The notes below the pieces were generated by a model that saw nothing but the letters and a program-made list of their open reading frames with translations, was not told the origin of the DNA and did no database searches. From Takakia lepidozioides (taxonomy: Eukaryota; Plantae; Bryophyta), in NCBI GenBank assembly GCA_030704615.1, contig CM060732.1, positions 78,058,001-78,122,000 of the forward strand: a stretch of 64,000 nt of DNA. Reading direction: 5' to 3'. Shown one piece after another: positions 37,610 through 49,962 of this stretch. Each line of letters starts with the position of its first letter. Position 1 is the stretch's first letter. A program made the position numbers and the translations under genes.

Positions 37610-40600
37610 TCATTGGTGTAAATGCTTTCGGCGTTTGAGTTTGCTGTCAGGCGTCCCACAAACTTGAGTTGCAGTACCATACTGCTTCTTCTGGAACTCC
37701 TCGAATGCTTCTGCTACCACCTCCACCTTCAACACGATGCTGAGGTCTTAGAAAACTGAGCTATCTAAAACCAGAGTAGGAGATGACAGTTAGAGAGAGA
37801 GAGAGAGAGAGTGAATGTACTCAATGATCAAATCCTGCCAATGTTGATTATGGTGTAGTCTGCAGGAGGATAATTTACAGCCTACAACTATCATAACGCT
37901 TGTGCACAGCTGACAACATTCCCATCACAGTGAATTTCCATACTATGTCAACCAGAGGCGTGCCGATGGGCAGTACGTGGGAGGCCCAAAGGGCCCAGGG
38001 ACACAAGAGTGTCACTGAGTAGAACCACAGAGACCAAACAGCAGAACCAGAGAGAGAGCCAACATACTCATGACCCTGCGAAGAGAGAGAGAATGTACTC
38101 ATAAGATGTTGTTTGCCATAGCCTTGTGGCCATTGACCCGCACTCAGTTTGAGCGGAACACAAAGGGAGGGAGAGAGAGAGATATATAGAGAGAGAGCTA
38201 CCAGCTCAGGCTTCTTTGTATAGACTCTAACAATCCTGTCTTGGAAGCTGTCTGGCAAAAGATGGCTGATACGATCCTTTTTAATCTTGAATTTGACTGT
38301 ACTCTCGAAGTCCTGCTTGATTGGCCCAATACACTTCCCAATGAAAACGAGGGTTCTAGGAAAAACGAGATTAACATGCCCAGCAGTTTCAATCGAGGAT
38401 ATTCACAGACAGCAACATCATCCCTCAAGCATATACTAAAACATCAGAAACTCCTATTTGTTCTCTAGAGACACACTATGCATGGTGAATCAGTATCAAT
38501 TAGCTGTACAAAACAACTGTCTCAGTATACAGCATAAGACAAAAGCTTACGCCTGAAGCACACGAGGACAGCATCAAGTGCCAACTATCTGATTGACACA
38601 GTTAGGGAGGAGAGGAGAATAGACTGATGAAGGGGAAGCATTACATATTTACCTGGAAGAAATGAACTCTGCAGGTGATAAAACAACACACACAACCCCC
38701 AAAACAACACCATGAATGATATCAAAAACGAGCACATGCCACCATGAACAAGTAAATAACCACCTAAGCAACACTTCACAACATTCCATTCAAATCAGTA
38801 ACGGCGGCCAATAGAAACAGCTATTGCATGATGGTGAGAAGGTTGTTAAGTGACTTTGATGCATGCACGCACAACCTGAGTGGGTCGTCCAAAAGAAAGG
38901 ACCCACAACTGTGTTACCACAATAATGTACCTGTTGACAGGGTCATCTTTTCCGCAAGTAAGATCGATTCTCGTAGTGCTCACGATAACATCTTCTTCAC
39001 GAAGCTCAACTCCCGATCTCTTCTGTGATTTTCATCCACCCTATTGTAAATCATGCAGTAACAGTTTACTCTTGTCTGCAGAGTGTTTCCACGAAGCTAT
39101 CGCAGAAAGTGCCGAAAGAACAGTCATACTTAGTAAACAACATTTCTGGAACGTACAATCCACAGGAACTAGTGGAAGTGATTGTAAACCTCCTAGGCAC
39201 TAATTTTATCAGTAGCAACAAGACATATGAAGAGGAAAGAACAGTTGGGCCTAGAAATTGATTGAAGCTTTTCTTGTTTGCGGCATGCAGCTTCACAAAC
39301 AACAAAGCAGTGGTTGCAAACAAAATTCCCCTGTGGCAAACCTTGGGTCTGCAATGCAGTTCAACCCATGACGAGGAAGACTTCCCAGGAGGCTCCAGTC
39401 AGAACTTTATACATGGGATTGCTTAACAAAATTTAGGAATACACATTTCGATAAATATAACCTACATTACAGCTACAGTGATATTTAGGGTCAACTTTGG
39501 AGATTCAACCAATCAGAAATAAATGGATTGGTCAAACAGTGCATACTACCAACCTGGGAGCAGATAATGTCCTGGGCCGTGACCTCCTTGTGATGCTCCA
39601 GCTCCTCTTTAGGAACAGCATATTCATTACAGAACTGTCCGCCATAAGGAAGGCCACTTCAGAACCGTAAAGAAGAATGCCAAGTACGACACAACAATGA
39701 CTTTATAACAAATGAGAGAATACCTGGTACAGCTGCCTTCGCCTCATGCGTAATACCACATCCCGAGCCGCTTGTAATTCTGGTTGTTCCGCAGTCTCAA
39801 TAGTCTTAAGTATTGTGTCATCCAGCTGCATCCCTAACCCTTCTTGTATGAGCCCTCAAGACAACAAACAAGTAATGCACACTTCTCCACTCTCTCCGCT
39901 CCATCCGAATTGGTATGATAGACGGCCATGTGTATGCATAGCATTATACAAAGTAAATACACAATAGCACACACGAACTTTGTTACCCTGTCTGTCTCTG
40001 TCAGACATATCATTACAGCTGTTTGTGATTCTGCATCTGCTTGATAGTCATCCTTACCTTCCAGAACCTTTCGGGCCCTTCAATATGGTTGGTTATACCT
40101 AAGTAATCATTGGCCAGTACCAAGGCATCCACCAACATCAGCTCCAACGCCTGACAGACAAACCACAGGCAAAGCACAAGAGATTCATGAATTAGAAATG
40201 ACATGATCTACATATTGCTCATGAACATAGCTGCATCTTCTTAAAACAGCACCTTATTGCACTTGAAAGTTTGAGGGGAAAATGTCGGTCAATGTCAAGG
40301 GATTTTCAGGTTGAGGGCCTTGAAACAATGTCAACGTCACTTTACTTCAAAGGCACCATGCAAGTAACAAAACAACCAATCTGAGCTTAAAACAAGAAAG
40401 GGAGGGAGGTCACCTTCACTTTAGAATGAGTGTACACAGTCCGGAATAGGTCTGCCCGTGTCTGGAACAGCCGGTAGACTGTAATTGCTGGACCCTCCCA
40501 ACCATTGCCATCAGTGACTTGCATTGGTCATTGAGCACAGATTTCAACAGTAAAATTTATGGAACGCACCATGCAGAATTTGTAATCACACGAAACTTCG

Positions 40601-43600
40601 GGTGAGCGGTGGACATGTAGAGCTTACACTCTTTAGCCTTGTAGCAAATCTCATTATCGATCACTTTCATGTTCTCCAACAATCTGCAACTCAACGACAA
40701 CACATTTCCACTTATCATTTGCCCAAAAGCACGATAATCTCTTTATATATCTCAACAGCATATGCCAACGAGCAACCACTGCCATCCTCCACATCTTTCC
40801 CCTGACCCCAGAAGACCAGTAAAAGCCACAGCCTGTCGAGCCAGTCACGAGCCTTTTTGACATTCAGGAAGAAGACAAAGGTGGGGTTTCCTCCTTGTTT
40901 CCTTCACTTAGTCTGGCTTATGGAAAACCGGCTGCACAAGTTGCCATTGCACAGAGCACGGATTCAAGAAGATTTTCTGTTTGATGAATTCGTCTAGCCT
41001 CCAACTTGACAGAATCTATGTGCACATTAGCAGGTGCCTGTCGTTGTCTAGCTCAGGTTCTTCGACCAGTAATTACGAGACATTCATTCCCTCCCTCTCA
41101 CCTCTAGCATGTGAAGAGGATTTAGCTTTTCAAATCTACCCCTCCATGGATCTCCTTAGATTGGGCGCAACACGGAAGCCATTGGAGTTGTCAGTTGGCA
41201 AGGCAGCACCCCAAAACATGAGATGCAGCCCCCATTTCTCTGGAAGCCCGCCTGACTACAGAACAGCTTGCCAACTGTGCTAAGAAGTGTAATGCCAGTT
41301 CCCAGGCTCTTCTCTGTCACCTTTTTTATACAGGTTGACGATGACACCCTCTCTCCAACAAAAGGGTATCATTTCAGTCTTCCAAATAAGATTAAAGGGG
41401 AGGGCAAGGGCTGCTACTGTACAATTGCCACCATGCTTAATTAGTTGATGGACAATGCCATCACACCCACTGGCTTTATAGCCCTTTAAATATTCTCTTG
41501 CTTCATCAATCTCAGAAGAACTAATGGGTACATAGTATCCATGGAGATGGAGATAGACGAGTATCAATAACCATGGAAAATCTACCAACAAGTATTGAAC
41601 CAGTTTAATATCAAGCAGTTATTTTCAAGGAGGAAGTGTGTTACATGCCTAACTACAAAGCTGAATTGCCACTGCATCATTCAGTACCTGCGAAAGTCAA
41701 AGCTTGTGGAGAGACCACAACCCCGACAATCCCTATCAATGTAGTCAAACCTGCAGAGGGACTCGAGGTGAGAATATCTCTCTCTATCTTCCCCATCCCT
41801 CCCTTCTCCCCCTCCCATCAAAGAGTTAAATAAATATGGCATGTGCAATACTGGGCTTTAATTCCGAAACACTGATGAAACCCCCATAAGCAGCTGAAAG
41901 ATCTCAAGTTTTCCAGTTGAGGATTGACATTTAAGTGAAGGCACACTTAAGTCTCAAGCACTCTTTGGAGGGACAACCATACTTGTCAACATCGATTCCA
42001 TTGCGTCCATTTGCGACTATATCAAACAGAAAACGCTTCTCGCCATAGGCCTACAAAACAAAGAGTGAATCAACATGGGATTCAAGGTTTCTGATCCAAA
42101 TCTCGGGGTCTGAAGATGGAAAAGGTTGTGACAAGTGATGCTCTTGGACTTTCGTAACATGAAAACTTGACCCTCTTCAGGTCTTTGCAGTAGGGAAAAT
42201 GTGCACTGAAGGAAAATACTGATTAGAATCCAGGAAAAAGGTATATTTTGTTTGATGGAATTGGTTCAAAAAGTTCAGGACCAATACCCAAAGAATTCAG
42301 AATGCATCGAAACCGGTCTAAGATATGGGCTCTATTGAATCAACCTTTTCATAGCACTGCTCTTGGTGAAGTCCTAAGAATCACAGAGGAAGATGCATGA
42401 CAGTCAGGTCCAAGGACTTCGTCAAGCTGTGACTCGAACGACAACAAACTCATTTCAATCAATTGGAACTTGTTGCACTTACTGGAGTGTCTGAACAACG
42501 TGAAGTTGCTAGTATCATGTCCTGAAAAACCCAGCACCCGTCAAAGGCATTATTAGTGCCTCTCACAGAACTTAGTGGACATCCTATGTATGTCTCCTCA
42601 CCTGTCCTTGAAACGTCAAATTAACTTAATTATCAACCTAACCAGGAAACTAATCATTTTGCTATGCAGACTGGTTCCTTCAGTCAGAACAAGCTTCTCA
42701 AACAGCTTTATAGCAAACCAAGTTGCAGCCATAGAAAAAGGAAGAAAGGACATTTAATATCCAGAGAGGAAAGGAAGGTGAATGCAAGAGGGTATTCTTT
42801 ACCTGAACCATCCGCAGTTCACTGTGATCAATGTCAATATGATGCTGATCCACAATATATTCAACCATGTCCGCTGACATTTGCTCATGCTTCCTGACAG
42901 GAAACATTGCAATTATTACATGGAAATCACAAATACGTCACATAATTGGGTATCTTGATTCTTTTCTGGAAGCCTGGGATCAACTCAGTTTTCACTGTAC
43001 AGTTAGTTACCAATGAGATTTTGTTACAAGGGACAAAATTAGACAGGAGAAGAACACATCAGGTTTATGATCATGATTGACAGTGTTTGAGACACACCAT
43101 TTCACATTAGGAAGTACTCGAGGAAGGAACTCGTTGTCAAACACATGGCTGAATGGGCCATGACCTACGTCATGGAGCAGGCCTGCCAGCTTGACAGCCC
43201 TGATGTCAGTTCGGTCAATCTTCAGTTCTTCATGCTGCAGCAACATATCAAATACCTTATGTCAGCAAAGATTCCCTGAAACGGGTCCAGTGTCAAGGAT
43301 CAGATTGCACACAAGCAACCATGAGTAGGGATGGGCAACATGCCCTTTTGATGATATTTAACAGTTGAAAGATCTTTACCAAGGAGGGATTTGTACAGTG
43401 GCAAACAGGTTAAATGCCCTCCTTTTCCCCATCATTCCCACCCTGCAAGAACACATTAAACTTCACAAAAAGAAGCTCAGCTCACTTGGAACTTGTCAAG
43501 CAGCTGGATTGCTTGACCAGCCACATGGTAGACTCCTAATGAATGCTCAAATCGGGAATGCATTGCACCGGGAAAAACAAAGTGGCACAGACCTGTAAAT

Positions 43601-45080
43601 TTCCACAACAAACCACAATCTCAGTTTCTATTTGGTGCATCAGAATTAGACTTAATTGATACTTGAGAAGAGAGAATGTACTGTCATTCAGGCAATACTG
43701 AGATGAACAAGTATGCACAAGGGGCTCACCAAGCTGTTTCACATCACGTAATCTGCTCCCCGTCGACATAGTTCATGCACAAAGTACTCAGATTGTGAGA
43801 TTTGGAAACTTCAGTCCATCGCACAGATTCTCATATCTTGAGGCAAAAGCCACACACTGTGCAAAGCTTCAAGATTAGATTAGAAAACCACCTTGGTTGC
43901 CAATTAAGGTCCAGTATTTTTGAATTATAGAAATTACATCCCATGCAATCAATGTGAACCCTAGTGCAAAGATGAAAGAAAAATTGCCTTCAATAGTAAA
44001 GATATGATTGAAGCTATGCTCATGATTGTGTGTCCTGACACAACACCTAGGGTACCACTCAATCCCAACCTTTCATTTTTGAAATCTTGGAATCAGTTAC
44101 TTGCACTCACACATCTTCTCTGCTCCATTAATCACATCAACAACTTTAGGCAGTTGGATCCGGTATCTTTGAGAAAGCAGGGATGAGAGGACAAGTATCT
44201 CTCCCTACCTTTGGAATTGCTCTGTGTCGATGAATTTCATGGCTAACTGCAACCAAGAACACAATATGGCAATACATTCACTCAATCTATCAGTTCTTGA
44301 ACATATGGTTGGCAAGCATGATCACAGCTGAGAAACCTGTCAACTTTGAATGTCTGTTATGGAGAGGCAGTTAGTGGGAGCTACTTGACTACAAACCAAA
44401 CGTAGACACCCTTGTATGGCTCGACAATCACTCTGCATTGAATTGTCTAATTGACTCAGCCCCACTTCAGACCATAATTTTTGTTTTTTGTAAAACACCA
44501 CCATGGCTGCATTAGTATGCTGCCTGAATTCATGAAGGTTGGAAATTGAAAAACAGAACATCGAAAAACTAATGCGTGAAATTCATGTAGGCTGACAAGG
44601 CAGTGCAAGTAAAGGGAAAAGAAAATCCTCAGCAGAAGAAACAGATACAGACATGACGCCAGCCACAGCCTGCGTAAATAAGGAAAACAGGAAGTATGAC
44701 AGGGTGATAGATAGTTTCCTGTTCGGTTCACTCTTTCCGATAGCGAGATGGACGATCATCATCTCAATACTTGTACACTTGGTCTCAGCAGTGATTTATG
44801 AATGTAACTTCATACAAAACAGGCGCAGTGACAGAGTTCGCAGTCATGTTGCTAGTACATTGTAATAGTATACTTCATCGCTGGAGCTACTGTATGAGAT
44901 TAGACTAAATCAAGGAGAATTGCATTTAAGAGAATGACAGACAAACAAAGTAAATACCGGATCAATGGATATGTTCCGGTGCACGTTGTCATGAACTATT
45001 TTGGTGTTAGATCGCTCGTCAATAATAGGAAACATATGCCCTTGAGATGGCGGGGATGCCTTGTCAAATTCTGCCACCAT
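37610..45080 (-). CDS. VEN4: HD-domain dNTP triphosphohydrolase, SAMHD1 homolog (VENOSA4-like)
   Basis: Exons encode [13 protein letters not shown]|[59 protein letters not shown]|[32 protein letters not shown]|FCNE, and the terminal [17 protein letters not shown]-stop at 37610-37612. Confidence 0.92.
41160..41560 (-). mobile_element. Non-LTR (LINE) reverse transcriptase N-terminal fragment in an HD-gene intron
   Basis: [21 protein letters not shown]...[35 protein letters not shown], frameshifted. Confidence 0.85.
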
Positions 45081-46376
45081 CCTGCTAGATCTCGATTCCG
45101 AGAAAAATGTGACTATCCTGCAGACAAAGATGCTGAACGTTCCACAAGGGGGGAAAAAAGGGGACAAATATTCAAGAACTGAAAGAATGAGGATAGGACT
45201 CGAATGACACGAGGCATGGGCAGGAAAGTTACGAAACAAGACAGAAGAAAGTCCCGTTTCCACAAACACCTAGCTAGTCCTATTGAAGAAAAAGAGAGAC
45301 GCCAAGCCGCGCGTTTGATATCCCGTCCCCATCACGAAACGCGCAGGGAGAGCGACAGATCCAGAAAAAATAGCTATACCCTTCGTAAATCACACAGATC
45401 AGATCAGACAGACAAGAGAGACGCCGAAATAAGGTGCCCGGTATATACACAATGTTCGCTTTCAGAACACAGCTGAGCGCAGAGGAGAAGCGGAAGGCAA
45501 AGCAACGAAGAGAAGCTGGCCGTCGCACTATTCTGTTTGATCTGTGGCACACATTGTTCGACCATTATACCTACAATCTTCACTTGTCAATTCCCTGTAT
45601 ATATTTATATAGAAGAACATTTATTAGCCGTCTTTTTTAACCGTTTACGTAAAGCTCTCTACTATTCTGTTATGAACCAAAAAGTGTTTTTCGCCACGAA
45701 GCGAAACTTGCTGCCGTTCTTTGAGGTTTTCTTGCCCATTTTTAGTCTCTCGTGTCCCATGTACCCATGTTCCACTTGCGTTACCATGTTCTCATGTTTT
45801 TCTTTCAAAATAATGTATGCAAATTTTTATTTTTAACTTTTTTCGAAAATTATTAGAAAATTAAAAATTGGCCTTCAGGGAAACAGAAATCAAAGATGTC
45901 GGATGTTTCGGATGCTTGGGATTGGCATCCTCGCAGTTCATATTCGCTGCCGGAAGATGTGAAAAGCTTTAGTGCAAGCGAGTCAGGGGAACGGCGACCA
46001 CTCAACCCGGGAGCATTCAAGATATTTGGGAGAGAAGCAATTGCTAAGACTGAACATTTGGGAACACCATATTATTCACTGCCTTCAGCAGAAGCTGGAT
46101 TGCATTTTGTACGCAAGTCATGTCTGTCAAGAGTTGATTGCTCTCTTTCAGGCTGCAGATTTTGAAGTGCTCATTCCACGAACACTGGCCATACAATGAA
46201 AGATCACGAAGCTGTAGTACTTTGAAATGAGTTCCCTAGGAACATCGCCAGTCCCATTCGTTCAAGCTATACAACTATCTCAAAGAATAGAGGAGATCTG
46301 ACCAATTGTTGAACAGCATTTCCTTGCAACAGTTACCATTCCAGTCAAGAGTGCGAATTGAGATGTAGGTGGCAAA

Positions 46377-48704
46377 TCATTCCGCTTCCAAGCCACCGCG
46401 AAGAATTGAGATTTGACCATCTCTGAGCAGTATATCTTCATCAAGTTGCCGCACTCGCCGCCGCAACATCTCCACCTCCAGACTCAAATGAAGTGCTTCC
46501 CGGCCCACAGCCTTGGCCTCCTGTTGCATCTCATTTCGCTCTCTCGACACGCGATTTAGCTCTTCCCTCCCTTTTTCCACCACGTCGGAGAGGTCCTCCA
46601 AAGCGATCTCCAGCAATCTCACTGCCTCTTTCCTTTCACCAAGCTGCTGCTCAAGCTGAGAGATCCGAAGAGAAGCATCCGCTAGCAAGAACTGCAGTTT
46701 CTTCCCATCCACTACTAGTCCATCATCATTCTCAAGCTTGGAGGTCACTTGTGGATGACACTTTTCCAGGGCTGCCTCCATTATTATCACCTTCTCCCTT
46801 AGCATCTGACAGCTCAAATTTCGGGCTTCCATCTCTTGTTCCCATTCCTCTAGTTGCTCTTTCACTTGTTTCATCTCTCTCTCTGCCTTCTCCTTACTGT
46901 GAACAGCTGCTGCGATCTCTTTGTGGAGATCTTCGATTTGTTTGGTCTGCGACCGGGACAATCTGTTCGAGTCTCGGGCTTCCATCTCTTGCTCCCATTC
47001 CTCTCGTTGCTCTTTCATTTTGTTCATCTCTCGCTCTGCCTTGTGCTTGCTCTCGACAGCTGCTGCAATCTTTCTGTGGAGGTCCTCTATTTGTCTGGTC
47101 TGTGACTGGGACAACCTGGCAAGCTCCTCATTTTCGGCAAGAACGCAGTCATCGACAGTTGTGGCGAAATTGCTTATTGTCTTTTCCAGACTGCAGATCA
47201 GCTCATCTTTCCTCTCGCTTTCAACCCTTGCTTGCAACAGCTTCGCCTCGTACTGCAAGAGCCTATCGGACATCATTTCCACCCTTCTATTCATGCTGTG
47301 TAACTGTCGTGTTGACACCTGCATAGTTTCCCCCATCCCACGCTCCATATTCTTACCAGTTTCGGCCTGGACTTCCTTTCCCCGTTCCTTATCAGTTCCG
47401 CCAGGAGCAACTGCGGCTTTCTTTCTTTCCTTCCGTAGTACATCTCTCGATATGTGACTGCCTGTTGCACAGCACCCCTCGCCTTGCTTTACTTGTTTAT
47501 GCGCTTGTCTCTCCCTTGCTTGCAGAGTATTAACTCGACCTCTGCGAAGCTCTTCCCGCAAGCGTTTGTTTTCTTCTTCTAACTTCAATGCAAAACCTTT
47601 TTCAGGGTTTCTAATGGCCTCTACCATGTTCACTTTCTCTCTCATCAGTACTCTCAACTTAGCAGTCAGCAAATTGTTCTCCTCTTTCAGCTCAGCAGCT
47701 TTAGCCTGAAGTTGATCAAATTCTGCTTGCAATTCCTTGTGTAATTTATTCAGGCAAGCGTCACTTTCCCCATTACGTCGCTTCTCCGACACAATCTTGT
47801 TCTCACATTGCAAGAGATTTGTTTCACCCGTAAAAGCCTCTCGCTCTCCTCTCAATTGAATCTCCGCTCCGTTCTGCATGTGCTTTTCCCTTTGGGAGGG
47901 ACTCCTCTCTTGATCGTTCTTGTCCATGCCATTCTTGATCCCTTGCTGCAGGCTCTGTATCGTCTTCTCGTGGTCTATGCAAAGACCCTTCAACCTATCC
48001 ACCAGATTTTGCAGGTGCTTTGTCTCTCCATCTTTCTCCTGGAAAACCTTTTGGAGCGCTTTCAGATCCGCTTGCGCTTTTCTGGCTTGTTCGTAACTGT
48101 GTGCCGCTGATTGCCTTAGTTCTAAGATAGTCTTCTCTGCTCTCTCCATCTTCTTTCTGTGCCCATCCATTTGCGACTGAAACTCCCATAATCTCTCCAT
48201 TAAAAGAGCTTCTTGCAAGGTCACGTTGGCAAGATCTTCGGGCAAAATGTTTTCGTCTTTCACATTTGTTACTGTGTCGCGCAGGCAGCTGTCATCAACC
48301 GGCCTTTCCTCCGTCTTGGACCCCGAGGCATTCTCCAGAGGCCACGGTCCCTCCTCTCTTCTTGCAAACTGGTCCAGACTCGTGTTCACCTCCACATTCT
48401 CCTTCCCTACTGATTGCGATGTCATTGCTAAGGTCTCAATTGCAGCCCTGCGTATCCTCCTATCAGAGCTAAACTTTACCTTCTTTCTTTCTTTCTTTCC
48501 TTTCTTACCATCTTGTACGCTTCCAGTTAGTCTCCAGTGTGCATCGTCGATACCCTGAAGCTCACGATCATGTCCTAGAACAGGTGCTACTTTAATTTTG
48601 TTCCTCAGATCAAGCAGTTCAATATCATCATACACTTGTTGTACGTTTGGCAGACGGTCCTCCAGAAGGCCACCTTTATCCTCGTTATGGTTGCTAGATT
48701 CCAT
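46377..48704 (-). CDS. Intronless long coiled-coil protein (At3g55060/At2g39300-like family) with an internal 51-aa tandem duplication
   Basis: 775-aa ORF rich in E/K/R/Q heptads. C-terminal LEVEMLRRRVRQLDEDILLRDGQISILR and LCIDHEKTIQSLQQG resemble that family (recognised from memory). Confidence 0.8.
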   Translation of the reverse strand: MESSNHNEDKGGLLEDRLPNVQQVYDDIELLDLRNKIKVAPVLGHDRELQGIDDAHWRLTGSVQDGKKGKKERKKVKFSSDRRIRRAAIETLAMTSQSVGKENVEVNTSLDQFARREEGPWPLENASGSKTEERPVDDSCLRDTVTNVKDENILPEDLANVTLQEALLMERLWEFQSQMDGHRKKMERAEKTILELRQSAAHSYEQARKAQADLKALQKVFQEKDGETKHLQNLVDRLKGLCIDHEKTIQSLQQGIKNGMDKNDQERSPSQREKHMQNGAEIQLRGEREAFTGETNLLQCENKIVSEKRRNGESDACLNKLHKELQAEFDQLQAKAAELKEENNLLTAKLRVLMREKVNMVEAIRNPEKGFALKLEEENKRLREELRRGRVNTLQARERQAHKQVKQGEGCCATGSHISRDVLRKERKKAAVAPGGTDKERGKEVQAETGKNMERGMGETMQVSTRQLHSMNRRVEMMSDRLLQYEAKLLQARVESERKDELICSLEKTISNFATTVDDCVLAENEELARLSQSQTRQIEDLHRKIAAAVESKHKAEREMNKMKEQREEWEQEMEARDSNRLSRSQTKQIEDLHKEIAAAVHSKEKAEREMKQVKEQLEEWEQEMEARNLSCQMLREKVIIMEAALEKCHPQVTSKLENDDGLVVDGKKLQFLLADASLRISQLEQQLGERKEAVRLLEIALEDLSDVVEKGREELNRVSRERNEMQQEAKAVGREALHLSLEVEMLRRRVRQLDEDILLRDGQISILRGGLEAE

Positions 48705-49962
48705 AATGAACTAGCAGTCTGAATTGTTCATCTTCGGCTGAGTGCTGAGTATCCAGCCATTTCTGCGAACTTGGATGTGTTATGGGGATCTTACATGAGA
48801 AAAAGCGAAAAGAAGCCTGAGGTAAGGAGGTAGATCCAGGCTATGTACATGAATAGAGAGCCCAGGACGAACTGTAAAATTTGAGCTGAACAGACATGAG
48901 AGTTCGGATGTGAAAGGCAAGCGCTTATGGCAGGCTGCGAACAAAAAGGACGGACCTCAACCACTTGTTGTCATAATGAAGGAAACAGACAAGAATCAGC
49001 GCTGTTGATTGAACAAGAAAAGAAGAGAGACATCACATGACGTACATCCTCCACGAAGAGAAACAACTGTAGTCGAGAAGGGAGGATCAAGAAAGTTTTC
49101 TAAGTCTAACCGAGACAGGGCTATGGATTCCAGCAGGAAAAGAAAAGAGAGGATCGAGCATCCATCAAGGCTAGCGCGAAGATTGTGGGCCACTGCATTC
49201 CTTCACCAATATTGCACTCCACTTGATCACAGCGCCGTTCGCCCGCATGCTACTCCAATAACTAAGATACAGTTACATGGGTTCTGAACAGCACAGCAGG
49301 AAAGGCGCAAGAGAAGGGCTCAGATCATCGAAAGCTATTATGGAGATTGAAATTCTTTGCATCTCTTCACTATCCCCCGCTCATTGATTTCATCACAGCG
49401 GCCTTCCGTAGGAGAGCTCCGGTAGCTGCTTCGTCCTCTGCAGCTTCTCTCGTCGAAAAACAAGCAACGCACGCGCTATCCGGTAAACATCATTCAAAAT
49501 TTTGACCGTTCCTCTACCCTAACGAATTCATCCTTTTCTGCAAATTACCGTCAGGGCACAACCCACGATTTTCTCCACCCAAGATGTCGAAATTTTATTC
49601 CCCGGGCCCTTACCCACCATGATGGCAACCTCCAACTGATAAGTTAATAGATTGCGCTTGCCAGATGTCGGTGGCTCTAAGTAGACCGTCAACAGTCACT
49701 CCATAATCAGTCAGCGGGAAGAGGGGCTAATGATTCTGCTCCTCTCGAAAGAGCAACTTCTCCTATGATGTCCGTGGTCTCTCTCCCCCAAGTCTATCAA
49801 AATCCTCTCTGCCTCCTCCTGGGTATTAGTACATACCGTATGCACACGTTTGCTCTCTCTGTCTCTTACATTATTCTGTTTTGAACAAGCTACAGTTCAA
49901 GGAGGACTATATCACTATATCACGTGTAAGCACAACACTGTCAGTGAAGTACAAGGGGAAAC

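Noticed and set aside
49300-49962. FMN riboswitch upstream of the ribB-like gene
   Set aside because: No RFN-element consensus is recognisable by eye; an Infernal scan would settle it.
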